Assembly: GCF_000299365.1 (NCBI RefSeq) | Contig: NC_018655.1 | Span: 180,001-212,000 of the forward strand | Length of the DNA stretch: 32,000 bases | Direction: 5' to 3' | Source: Candidatus Nitrosopumilus koreensis AR1 | GTDB lineage: Archaea; Thermoproteota; Nitrososphaeria; Nitrososphaerales; Nitrosopumilaceae | Shown here: piece by piece, positions 1-8,483 of the stretch | How the letters are laid out: each line of letters starts with the position of its first letter | Position numbering within the stretch: the stretch's first letter is position 1 | The notes under the pieces: generated by a model | Told to the model about the DNA's origin: nothing | Database searches by the model: none | What the model saw: only the letters and a program-made list of their open reading frames with translations | Program-made: the position numbers and the translations under genes

Positions 1-150
1 AACTCCAGCTGATCCTGAAAACAACAAGTGAGGCATATCTGTAGGATCTTTGATTAAAGCTTCTAAACTCCCAATAATTTCTGTTTGATTAACTATTTCG
101 GAAAGTTTCATTGGACGATATTTTTCTACCCACATCCCAGTTGCAGTCAT
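1..150 (-). CDS. rfcS: Replication factor C small subunit, 5' part only (runs off the left edge)
   Basis: My own translation of the minus strand from ATG at 150 gives MTATGMWVEKYRPMKLSEIVNQTEIIGSLEALIKDPTDMPHLLFSGSAGV. This has the canonical RFC box II (EKYRP) and the lead-in to the Walker A loop. It is absent from the ORF track because it is truncated. An alternative start is the ATG at 135. Confidence 0.85.
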   Translation of the reverse strand, partial: MTATGMWVEKYRPMKLSEIVNQTEIIGSLEALIKDPTDMPHLLFSGSAGV

Positions 151-346
151 ATGAGTACATGGAAGCAATTCCCACTAATAAATCCGAATTGGTTATTATC
201 ATATCCCCTCGAATTAAAATCAAAATCACTCACAATACTATGTGCGATCAGGCTCAGGTTAATTTAGATCAATTGATCTCACTAAATTGTAAAAAGATTT
301 GATCGATCCGAAACTTGAGGATCCTCGCGATGATCAGTGATCTCTA

Positions 347-865
347 ATGGAAATTGATAAAATAGAAAAAGTACACTCGATTGGATACCGCCTAAAGGAT
401 GCTAAATTCACTGTAAATCAGGACTTCAAGTTTGATGTTGCAGGTATGAAGATGGAAGGAAAACAGGGCGAAGTAAACAATATGCCTCAATGGGTGGGTA
501 AAATTTTGGCAGATAATAACTTGGGACTACTTGATTCACCTGATATGATTACTGAACTAAAACAAGCATTATCAAAAGAAAAAATGGTTGGAGAATATCA
601 AATATCTACACTTGAACCTCATTTTTACATTAAGCTAAAAGAATCAATGAAAGAATTGAATCGAGATGATTTTGACAAAGTTGAAAGTATGATGCTAGAA
701 TTGTTTAGGATGAGAAGAGGAAAATTAGTAAAGTTAGCTGACTCTATCAAATTAAACTCTGATTTGTACAACAAGCTAACTGTTGAGGAAGTAATTTTCT
801 ATAAAACCATATATGAAAACAGCATAGAGTTTGAAAATCAAATAAAGGGTGATAATAATGAGTAG
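347..865 (+). CDS. Putative GINS subunit (Gins23-like, B-domain then A-domain order)
   Basis: The 172-aa ORF overlaps the mcm start by 17 nt. The C-terminal helical segment (LELFRMRRGKLVKLA ... LTVEEVIFYKTIY) resembles the GINS A-domain R..K/LTxEE pattern. The N-terminal segment is beta-like (GEVNNMPQWVGKILADNNLG). A GTGATC Shine-Dalgarno-like motif lies 5 nt upstream. Family assignment is from memory only. Confidence 0.5.
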   Translation: MEIDKIEKVHSIGYRLKDAKFTVNQDFKFDVAGMKMEGKQGEVNNMPQWVGKILADNNLGLLDSPDMITELKQALSKEKMVGEYQISTLEPHFYIKLKESMKELNRDDFDKVESMMLELFRMRRGKLVKLADSIKLNSDLYNKLTVEEVIFYKTIYENSIEFENQIKGDNNE

Positions 866-2945
866 TGCTCAAACTAGTACATATACTGATTCTGCTCTTT
901 CTGACAAGGTAAAAGAATTCTTAACTCGATTCAAAGATAACACTGGTGGGTACAAGTATGTACAGGCAATCGATGAGATGATGCCTAAGAATTCTAAATT
1001 CATTATTGTTGATTACAATGATTTGATTATTGAACCAGAAATCATATCTATATTTTCAGAAAATCCTGATAGAATATTTGATGCGTTCTCACGAGCAATC
1101 AAAGAAGCATTACAAACAAGATTTCCTGATTATGCTGAAAAAATTAAAGATGAAGTTCGTGTTAGACTAGTCAATTATCCTTCTGAAAGAAGTCTTAGAC
1201 AAATCAATGCTGAAACAATTGGTTCTATTACTAGTGTATCTGGGATGGTAGTAAGGGCTTCTGAAGTTAAACCTCTTGCAAAAGAGTTGATCTTTGTTTG
1301 TCCTGATGAGCATCAAACTAAAGTAGTTCAGATTAAAGGAATGGATGTTAAAGTTCCAATTGTATGTGATAATCCAAATTGTAAACAAAGAGATTTTGAG
1401 TTAAAACCTGAGGCAAGTAAATTCATTGATTTTCAGATTCTAAGACTGCAAGAACTTCCTGAAGATTTACCTCCTGGACAACTTCCTCACTATATTGATG
1501 TCACAATCAGGCAGGATTTGGTAGATAATGCTAGGCCTGGAGATAGAATTGTTCTTACAGGAGTAGTTCGTGTGGAACAAGAATCTGTTACTGGTGTAAC
1601 TCGTGGACATAGCGGATTGTATAGGTTAAGAATTGAGGGAAATAATATTGAATTCTTGGGTGGACGTGGTTCTAAAACCTCAAGAAAAATTGAAAGAGAA
1701 GAAATTTCTCCTGAAGAAGAAAAAATGATCAAAGCATTATCTGCAAGTCCTGATGTTTATCAAAGACTAATTGATTCATTTGCCCCTCATATTCAAGGAC
1801 AATCTTTAATCAAAGAAGCAATTTTGTTACTAATTGTAGGCTCTAATCAAAGATCATTAGGTGATGGCAGCAAAATTAGAGGAGACATTAACGTATTTCT
1901 TGTTGGTGATCCTGGTACTGCAAAAAGTGAGATGTTAAAATTCTGTTCTAGAATTGCACCACGTGGTTTGTATACTTCTGGTAGAGGTTCAACTGCTGCA
2001 GGACTTACAGCTGCAGTTGTAAGAGACAAAACCGGAATTATGATGTTGGAAGCTGGTGCAGTTGTTCTTGGTGATCAAGGGCTTGTAAGCATAGACGAAT
2101 TTGATAAGATGAAGCCTGAAGATAGAAGTGCACTACACGAAGTTATGGAACAGCAATCTGCAAGTATTGCAAAAGGTGGTATTGTTGCAACTCTAAATGC
2201 AAGAACATCTATTTTAGCTGCTGCAAACCCAATGTATGGAAAATATGATCCATTCAAAAACATCACAGAAAATGTAAACTTACCCATTCCTCTTTTGACA
2301 AGATTTGACTTGATCTTTGTTGTAAGGGATATCCCAACTAAAGAAAAAGATGAAAAGATTGCAAGGCACATAATAGAACTACATACTCCTCAAGGTACTG
2401 ACAAAAGATCTGTAGTAGATGTTGATTTGCTTACAAAATACCTTTCATATGCTAAACGTGGAACTCCTGATCTCACAAAGGAAGCAGAACAAAAAATTCT
2501 TGATTATTACCTCCAAATGAGAAATGTTGAATCTGAGGAAATGATTACAGTTACTCCTAGACAACTAGAGGGCATCATTAGACTCTCTACTGCTAGAGCA
2601 AGATTACTCATGAAAGACAAGGTTGAAGAAGAAGATGCTGAGCGTGCAATATTTCTGATTCAAAGTATGCTTCAAGATGCTGGTGTTGATGTAAATACCG
2701 GAAAGGTTGATCTTGGTGTCTTACAAGGAAAGCCTAGAAGTGAGGTATCGAAAATGCAACTATTCATGGATGTCTTAAAAGGTCTTGAAGGTGACAATAA
2801 AATTCCAGTTGAAGAAAGGGCTTTTGTCAAAGAACTTGAAAAGAGTGAAAAGTTCACTGAAGAAGAGGCGAGAAATTACATTAGAAGAATGCTTAGAGAA
2901 GCATCTATTTATGAATCAAAACCCGGTCACTATAACCGAGTATGA
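849..2945 (+). CDS. mcm: Minichromosome maintenance (MCM) replicative helicase
   Basis: 698 aa. It has Walker A GDPGTAKS, Walker B IDEFDKM, the arginine-finger region LTRFDLIF, and an N-terminal Zn motif (CPDEH...CDNPNC). A GGTGAT SD lies upstream. Confidence 0.97.
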   Translation: MIIMSSAQTSTYTDSALSDKVKEFLTRFKDNTGGYKYVQAIDEMMPKNSKFIIVDYNDLIIEPEIISIFSENPDRIFDAFSRAIKEALQTRFPDYAEKIKDEVRVRLVNYPSERSLRQINAETIGSITSVSGMVVRASEVKPLAKELIFVCPDEHQTKVVQIKGMDVKVPIVCDNPNCKQRDFELKPEASKFIDFQILRLQELPEDLPPGQLPHYIDVTIRQDLVDNARPGDRIVLTGVVRVEQESVTGVTRGHSGLYRLRIEGNNIEFLGGRGSKTSRKIEREEISPEEEKMIKALSASPDVYQRLIDSFAPHIQGQSLIKEAILLLIVGSNQRSLGDGSKIRGDINVFLVGDPGTAKSEMLKFCSRIAPRGLYTSGRGSTAAGLTAAVVRDKTGIMMLEAGAVVLGDQGLVSIDEFDKMKPEDRSALHEVMEQQSASIAKGGIVATLNARTSILAAANPMYGKYDPFKNITENVNLPIPLLTRFDLIFVVRDIPTKEKDEKIARHIIELHTPQGTDKRSVVDVDLLTKYLSYAKRGTPDLTKEAEQKILDYYLQMRNVESEEMITVTPRQLEGIIRLSTARARLLMKDKVEEEDAERAIFLIQSMLQDAGVDVNTGKVDLGVLQGKPRSEVSKMQLFMDVLKGLEGDNKIPVEERAFVKELEKSEKFTEEEARNYIRRMLREASIYESKPGHYNRV

Positions 2946-3787
2946 AAATAGAAAAACTACAACTTCCAGAATCTGCAATTGAATTTTTAAAATCACAGGG
3001 TTTTGAAAAACTATATCCGCCACAGGCTGACAGCATAAAGTCTGGATTACTTGATGGTAAAAGCGTACTAGTATCTGCTCCTACTGCAAGTGGAAAAACA
3101 CTGATTGCAATGCTTGGAATGATGAGTTACCTTTCTAAAAATAAAGGTAAAGTAATCTATCTTAGCCCTTTGAGAGCATTAGCTGCTGAAAAACTTTCTG
3201 AATTTAAAAAATTGGAAAAAATTGCATTAGGAAATAAAATTAAAGTTGGGATTTCCACCGGCGATTTTGAAAATATCGAAAAAAATCTAGAAAAAAATAA
3301 TATTTTAATTTTAACTAATGAAAAAATGGATTCTATAATTAGACATGGTGCTGAATGGATTGATGAAATTGGTTTAGTGATTGCTGATGAGGTTCATCTA
3401 ATTGGTGATGAAAATAGAGGTCCTACATTAGAAATGATCCTAACACAACTAAAATTATTAGAAACAAAACCTCAGATTGTTGGTCTTAGTGCAACTATAA
3501 CAAATTCCGATGAGATTGCAAACTGGCTTGGATGTACTTTGGTGGAAAATGATTGGAGACCTGTCCCTCTCTCTGAAGGGGTTTGTGATGCTGGAGAAGT
3601 AACTATGGCTGACGGTACAACCTTTGAAGTTGAGCGCAGTATTAGGGGAACACCTATTGATTTAGGCGTACAATCCGTTAAAGATGGAGGACAATCACTA
3701 GTTTTTGCTGAAACTAGAACTCGTTCAAAATCTCTTGCAACAAAGGCATCTGATGCAATATCTCAAATCTTAGAAAAAAAGATATGA
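2942..3787 (+). CDS. hel308: Hel308/Ski2-like DNA helicase, N-terminal fragment (RecA1 domain). The frame breaks in an A7 run.
   Basis: Motif I APTASGKT, motif II DEVH, motif III SAT. The ORF ends ...ILEKKI* two codons after the A7 run at 3774-3780. Confidence 0.9.
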   Translation: MKIEKLQLPESAIEFLKSQGFEKLYPPQADSIKSGLLDGKSVLVSAPTASGKTLIAMLGMMSYLSKNKGKVIYLSPLRALAAEKLSEFKKLEKIALGNKIKVGISTGDFENIEKNLEKNNILILTNEKMDSIIRHGAEWIDEIGLVIADEVHLIGDENRGPTLEMILTQLKLLETKPQIVGLSATITNSDEIANWLGCTLVENDWRPVPLSEGVCDAGEVTMADGTTFEVERSIRGTPIDLGVQSVKDGGQSLVFAETRTRSKSLATKASDAISQILEKKI

Positions 3788-5070
3788 ATCAGTTAGAAAA
3801 AACATCAAAGAAAATTCTATCTGAAAATGAACATACCGAATTGGTCAAGACATTGGCACTTTTAGTGAAAAAAGGAGTTGCATTTCACCATGCCGGACTA
3901 AATCAAAACTGTAGAGAAATAATAGAGACAGAATTTAGAAATGGAACTATCAAGTTGTTATCGTCAACTCCAACTTTAGCTGCAGGTGTTAACTTGCCTG
4001 CAAGAAGAGTTGTGATTTCTAATATTAACAGATACAATGCAAAAGTTGGTGCAAACAGACCAATTAGCGTTTTGGAATATAAGCAACTATGTGGAAGAGC
4101 AGGAAGACCTCAGTACGATGATTATGGAGAATCAATTATTGTTGGAAATGGTAATGCTGAAGATCTCATTGAGTATTACATTAATGGTGAACCTGAACCC
4201 ATTGAATCAAAAATTACTGATGATAAATCTCTGAGAACTCACGTACTCAGTGTTATTGTAACTCATCCTGGAATTAAAAAAGAAGAAATCTTAGAATTCT
4301 TTTTACAAACACTTGGTGGTATTCAATCCCGTAAACCTACTCTAAAGTTTGCGATTGATATTTCGTTACGTTTTCTTTCTAGCCAACATCTGGTTGTAAA
4401 GAAAGGTGAAAGATACGCTGCAACTGAATTTGGCAAAAAGACATCAATGCTTTACATCGATCCGCTTACTGCAACTTACTTTAGAGATGCAATTGAGAAT
4501 GTATCTAAAGAAAGAAAACACACATTTGGATTTTTACATTTAATTTCAAATTGTGAGGAATTTTTCCCAAAATTCTCACTTCGGCAAAAAGACTATGAAA
4601 CAGCCAGTCTTATGATAGAAAATAATTCTTCAGAATTGTTAGAACCAATTTCAGAATATGATTGCTCAAGAAGCCTTTTAGCTCTTCAGTTATGGATTAC
4701 TGAATCTACAGAACTAAACCTCTCAGATAGCCTTGGAATTGAGTCTGGTGATATGCACAGGATGACTGAAACTGGAAATTGGCTTTGTTACTGCCTAAGG
4801 GAGATTGCAAAACATGTGGAAAGGGCAGATTTACTTGAGGAATTAGGTGATTTAGGAAGAAGAATATCTTATGGAATCAAAGAAGAATTACTTGATCTAG
4901 TCAAGGTTAAAGGGATTGGAAGAGTTAGGGCAAGAATTCTATTCAAACATGGAATCAAGAATCTGGATGATTTGGAAAAAATTCCTGTGAATAAATTAGC
5001 AGAAATAGATAAAATTGGTTCAACCATTGCGGATAACATTAAGGCAGAGTTACGAAGGGTTAGATATTGA
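3784..5070 (+). CDS. hel308: Hel308/Ski2-like DNA helicase, C-terminal fragment (RecA2, winged-helix, ratchet and HhH domains)
   Basis: GVAFHHAGL, TPTLAAGVNLPARRV and QLCGRAGRPQYD (motif VI), plus a C-terminal HhH-like KGIGRVRARILF. This frame is open back to 3754. The two fragments together (281+428 aa) match a normal single-chain Hel308 length. Confidence 0.9.
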   Translation: MNQLEKTSKKILSENEHTELVKTLALLVKKGVAFHHAGLNQNCREIIETEFRNGTIKLLSSTPTLAAGVNLPARRVVISNINRYNAKVGANRPISVLEYKQLCGRAGRPQYDDYGESIIVGNGNAEDLIEYYINGEPEPIESKITDDKSLRTHVLSVIVTHPGIKKEEILEFFLQTLGGIQSRKPTLKFAIDISLRFLSSQHLVVKKGERYAATEFGKKTSMLYIDPLTATYFRDAIENVSKERKHTFGFLHLISNCEEFFPKFSLRQKDYETASLMIENNSSELLEPISEYDCSRSLLALQLWITESTELNLSDSLGIESGDMHRMTETGNWLCYCLREIAKHVERADLLEELGDLGRRISYGIKEELLDLVKVKGIGRVRARILFKHGIKNLDDLEKIPVNKLAEIDKIGSTIADNIKAELRRVRY

Positions 5071-6059
5071 TTGATTTAGTGATTCCGGCAGTTGTATCAT
5101 GTCTCATTGCCTTTTTTGTTGTCTTTGTAACTATTCCTCCGTTAATCAAATTTCTAGAAAAAAGGAACATGGCAGTAAAAGACATGAACAAAAAAGAGGA
5201 GATCATGATTGTAAGGCCAGGCGGACCTTCAATCATTTTAGGAATAATTGTTTCAGAAATTATCTTATATGCATTTTTACAACTAAATGAAATCATTGCA
5301 ATTATTATTACAACGACTGCTGCATTTGCAATAGGATATGTTGATGATAGAAAAGTTATGGGTGGATGGTTCAAACCTGCAACACTTGCAATTGCAGCAA
5401 TTCCAATAATTGCATTTGGTGCATATGATTCTGATTTAGCATTCCCTTTATTTGGTGATGTACAAATTCCTGCATTATATCTTGGTTTGATAATCTTGAT
5501 GATTCCAATCACTGGAAACACAATTAACTCTATTGATGTTCTAAATGGTGTTGCAAGTGGATTTATGGTAATTGCAAGTTTTTCATTGTCAATCTGTTTG
5601 TTTATAGTACAAAACTATGAGATTGCAATTGTAAGTTTACCTTTAGGGTTTGTTTCATTAGCGTTTTACAAATATCACAAAATCCCAAGCAAAATTTTTC
5701 CAGGTGATTCGGGAGCCCTTACGCTTGGTGCTATGTATGGTTCTATTGCAATAGTTGGTGGTGTGGAAATAATTGCAGCAGTTGCATTACTCCCTGCAGT
5801 AATCAACTCCTTTTTGTTCCTATCCAGCGTAAAACGAATAGTGGAACACAGACAAATCAAAGGAAAACCTGTAGATCACACTGATGATTTCAAACTAAAA
5901 GCAACTGACGATAATACAGCCCCTGTTACTTTGGTGAGGTTGATTCTAGCAGGTGGGCCACTATCAGAAAAACAAGTAGGGTTTGCAATATTCAAACTTG
6001 CAGTATTTTCAGGAATTCTGGCAGTAATTACTGCATTTATGATGGGGGTGTCACTTTGA
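5067..6059 (+). CDS. Glycosyltransferase family 4 (MraY/WecA/AglH-like UDP-HexNAc:polyprenol-phosphate HexNAc-1-P transferase)
   Basis: 330-aa polytopic membrane protein with YVDDRKVMGG and PGDSGALTLG motifs typical of the family. The TTG start overlaps the hel308 stop, and a GTG at 5079 is an alternative start. Confidence 0.8.
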   Translation: MIDLVIPAVVSCLIAFFVVFVTIPPLIKFLEKRNMAVKDMNKKEEIMIVRPGGPSIILGIIVSEIILYAFLQLNEIIAIIITTTAAFAIGYVDDRKVMGGWFKPATLAIAAIPIIAFGAYDSDLAFPLFGDVQIPALYLGLIILMIPITGNTINSIDVLNGVASGFMVIASFSLSICLFIVQNYEIAIVSLPLGFVSLAFYKYHKIPSKIFPGDSGALTLGAMYGSIAIVGGVEIIAAVALLPAVINSFLFLSSVKRIVEHRQIKGKPVDHTDDFKLKATDDNTAPVTLVRLILAGGPLSEKQVGFAIFKLAVFSGILAVITAFMMGVSL

Positions 6060-6286
6060 AGGCTGGACTTTATGGATTCTTGTTTGCAATGTGGGTTTTG
6101 ATTCTCATTGGTGGTGGGATTATTGTTACTTTGTTAGGCCCAATAACTATTACAGGTTATGGTGATATGAACTGGTTTATTGCATCTGTAATCAAAGCAA
6201 TAATTGCAATTATTCTTGTGGTGATTTGGATTCTAGTTTTATCAAAGATGAAAAACTGGATATTTAGAAAAGAGATTAAGTCCTAA
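6056..6286 (+). CDS. Small hydrophobic membrane protein (two predicted TM helices), function unknown
   Basis: The ORF overlaps the stop of the GT4 gene by 4 nt. It has two long hydrophobic stretches. The start is uncertain (TTG at 6056, or an internal ATG 11 codons later). Confidence 0.45.
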   Translation: MKAGLYGFLFAMWVLILIGGGIIVTLLGPITITGYGDMNWFIASVIKAIIAIILVVIWILVLSKMKNWIFRKEIKS

Positions 6287-6759
6287 CTTTCTAACCATTC
6301 TTTTTGTTTTTTATCGTATTCTTCTCTAGTTTTTCTGATTGTAGCAGGTGATCCCATTACAACAACATTTTCTGGAACATCTCTAGTTACAACTGCTCCC
6401 ATCGCAACAACACTGTTTTTTCCAACAGTAACTCCAGCTTTGATCACTGCACGTGCTCCAATAATTGCCCCATCTTCAATTGTAACTCCAACCATCTTAT
6501 CACACATTGGGTAAGGATCGTTTGTTAAAACTGCAGATGGACCAATGAAAGCATTTTTTCCAATTATTGAAAGTGGTGGGATGTATGCTGACCCTTCAAT
6601 CTTTGTATTCTCTCCAATTTTTACATCATAATCAATATGAACAAGTGAACCGATCTTACAATTGTCTCCAATTTCTACATTGTCGCCAACATAAGTAAAA
6701 TGCCAAATCGATACATTCTCTCCAATTTTTGCTTTATCTGAAATAAAGTTTGTAACCAT
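6283..6759 (-). CDS. Left-handed beta-helix (hexapeptide repeat) acetyltransferase, WbpD/WlbB-like
   Basis: 158 aa with repeated [LIV]G-x4 hexapeptide periodicity (IGENVSIWHF, IGDNCKIGS, IGENTKIEG, IGPSAVL, IGARAVIKAG, VGKNSVV). Confidence 0.8.
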   Translation of the reverse strand: MVTNFISDKAKIGENVSIWHFTYVGDNVEIGDNCKIGSLVHIDYDVKIGENTKIEGSAYIPPLSIIGKNAFIGPSAVLTNDPYPMCDKMVGVTIEDGAIIGARAVIKAGVTVGKNSVVAMGAVVTRDVPENVVVMGSPATIRKTREEYDKKQKEWLES

Positions 6760-6762
6760 TTT

Positions 6763-7032
6763 CTACAAATGCCATGGGTTTGCCTTTGTAATAATTTTTT
6801 CAGGTAGTTTATCCTTAAATTTTTTCAAAAAATCCATCTCCTGTTTTTTATCTCTAAGTTCATCAGGCAGCATGATTGGAATCTCTTCAATTATTGGGTA
6901 GAATCTAGAGCATTTTGAGCAAAACAAAGCACCTTCTGATACTATTTTGTCTTTTTCTTTTATTTCAAATAATTCTAAAGGATGACTTTTGTCAATTGGA
7001 CATGCCAATATATCCATCATGTTTTTGTTCAT
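6763..7032 (-). CDS. Trm112-like small zinc-ribbon protein (DUF343 family)
   Basis: 89 aa with ILACPIDKSHPLE ... CSKCSRFYPIIEEIPIMLPDE, the typical Trm112p-like signature. It overlaps the upstream gene by 4 nt. Confidence 0.75.
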   Translation of the reverse strand: MNKNMMDILACPIDKSHPLELFEIKEKDKIVSEGALFCSKCSRFYPIIEEIPIMLPDELRDKKQEMDFLKKFKDKLPEKIITKANPWHL

Positions 7033-7547
7033 TTTAGATCTAAGTATATTGGAACTCCTTTCTGACTAGATAAAAGTGCAGCTTCAGCAATTTTTGAAAC
7101 ATTAACTGCTTGCTGTGCTTTCACAATATGTTCACTTTTACCTTTAATTGCATTAAGAAAACTTTGAATTTCTCTTAACAATGGTTCTTGTTTTTCATTG
7201 TCTATGATTTCAACATCCTCTTGTTTTTCTACTTTAATTTCTTGTGTAATAAAATCCGATGATATTCTTGCATCATTACAAATTGCATGAAACTTTCTAA
7301 TTCTTTTTGGTGTAATCCAATTTGATGTGATGATTGCAACTTTGTTATCTCTGTATCCTAACATAATTGTTGCAAAATCCTCATGCTCATGTTTTATTTG
7401 TCCTGATCTTGCAAATACCACATTTGGCATTTCATCAAATAACCAGTTTGCAGTATCAATATCGTGAACTGATGTGTCATAGATTATCCCGACATCTTTT
7501 ATGTGAAGTGGCATTCTATTTTCACGGTGAAATTCAAGCATAATCAA
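7029..7547 (-). CDS. Gfo/Idh/MocA-family oxidoreductase, C-terminal fragment
   Basis: DVGIIYDTSVHDIDTANW is typical of the C-terminal alpha/beta domain. This frame actually reads ...RKKYGDLIMLEFHRE upstream of the listed TTG start. Confidence 0.8.
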   Translation of the reverse strand: MIMLEFHRENRMPLHIKDVGIIYDTSVHDIDTANWLFDEMPNVVFARSGQIKHEHEDFATIMLGYRDNKVAIITSNWITPKRIRKFHAICNDARISSDFITQEIKVEKQEDVEIIDNEKQEPLLREIQSFLNAIKGKSEHIVKAQQAVNVSKIAEAALLSSQKGVPIYLDLK

Positions 7548-7963
7548 ATCGCCATATTTTTTTCTTTAACCATACTTTTTACAACATCCACTGCTGGATT
7601 AAATCTCTCTATGTATCCACATGTCAGAATTACTTTATTTTTTTCTGCAATCTTTGCAAGCTCTTCGCCTTCTTCTGTTTTGTATGTAAGAGGTTTCTCA
7701 ACAAAAACATGTTTTTTTGCTTCAAGCAATTTTTTTGCAATGGTTGCATGAGTAGATGTTGGTGTTACTACAAACGCCCCTTCAAATTCTTCAGAATTTA
7801 ACATGTCCTCAAATGACGTATAGTGATTGACATGATATTTTTCTCCAAACTCTTTACTACGTTGCTCATTGGTATCACAAATTGCGCATAGTACTCCTAG
7901 TTCTGATAAAACTCTGGCATGATTTTTACCCCATCCACCTGTACCAATTTGTACAATTTTCAT
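7544..7963 (-). CDS. Gfo/Idh/MocA-family oxidoreductase, N-terminal Rossmann fragment
   Basis: MKIVQIGTGGWGKNHARVL (GxGxxG) and VFVEKPL. The ORF stops four codons after an A7 run (plus-strand T7 at 7557-7563). Confidence 0.8.
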   Translation of the reverse strand: MKIVQIGTGGWGKNHARVLSELGVLCAICDTNEQRSKEFGEKYHVNHYTSFEDMLNSEEFEGAFVVTPTSTHATIAKKLLEAKKHVFVEKPLTYKTEEGEELAKIAEKNKVILTCGYIERFNPAVDVVKSMVKEKNMAI

Positions 7964-8410
7964 TTAATACACCGCAGTCAACCAATGAGAATAGTCATCA
8001 TTTTTGTTCATTACTATGTCTGTATATTCATCCATCATCTTCTTTGTAATGTCTCCTGATTTGCCATTGCTAATTTTCTTTCCATCAAGCGAAATTATGG
8101 GTGTGATTTCAGCTGCAGTTCCTGTCAAAAACACTTCATCAGACATTACAAGTTCACTTCTTGTAATGTCTCTTTCAACTACCTCAATGTCTAAATCTCT
8201 TGCAATTTTGATTACTGCATCACGTGTAATTCCTTCTAACGCTGATGATGCTAGTGATGGTGTTGCCATCTGACCGTCTCTTACAATAAAGATATTTTCT
8301 CCAGGTGCTTCACTGATATTTCCATTATGATCCAGTAAAATTGCTTCATCCACACCATTTCTTTTTGCTTCTTGTGTTGCAATGATGGAATTTAGATAAT
8401 TTCCCCCCAT
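7964..8410 (-). CDS. ilvE: Branched-chain amino acid aminotransferase (fold type IV), C-terminal fragment
   Basis: MGGNYLNS..EAILLD..GNISEAPGENIFIV..EGITRD..LTGTAAEITPI. The same frame stays open up to 8542 and there encodes KKAPTNVAIFTFPFGDLFNKNGISAGIVSWRKFSDISTPPQAK, which includes the catalytic Lys (AKMGGNY). Confidence 0.88.
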   Translation of the reverse strand: MGGNYLNSIIATQEAKRNGVDEAILLDHNGNISEAPGENIFIVRDGQMATPSLASSALEGITRDAVIKIARDLDIEVVERDITRSELVMSDEVFLTGTAAEITPIISLDGKKISNGKSGDITKKMMDEYTDIVMNKNDDYSHWLTAVY

Positions 8411-8483
8411 CTTTGCTTGAGGTGGGGTCGATATGTCTGAGAACTTTCTCCATGAAACAATTCCTGCTGAAATGCCATTTTTG

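Noticed and set aside
85-302. Plus-strand ORFs 85..267 and 111..302 from the track
   Set aside because: They overlap the well-supported minus-strand rfcS 5' end and then run through the non-coding spacer. Their sequences are low quality and match no family. I treat them as chance ORFs.
246-342. Calling the GATC-rich spacer a replication origin
   Set aside because: No orc1/cdc6 gene is adjacent. I see no ORB-like long repeats or an obvious AT-rich unwinding element flanked by inverted ORBs. GATC clustering is a bacterial oriC trait, not an established archaeal one. I kept it only as an unexplained motif cluster.
5060-5521. 153-aa minus-strand ORF antisense to the GT4 glycosyltransferase
   Set aside because: It is a mirror ORF of a hydrophobic membrane protein gene. 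The plus-strand product has clear family motifs and this one has none.
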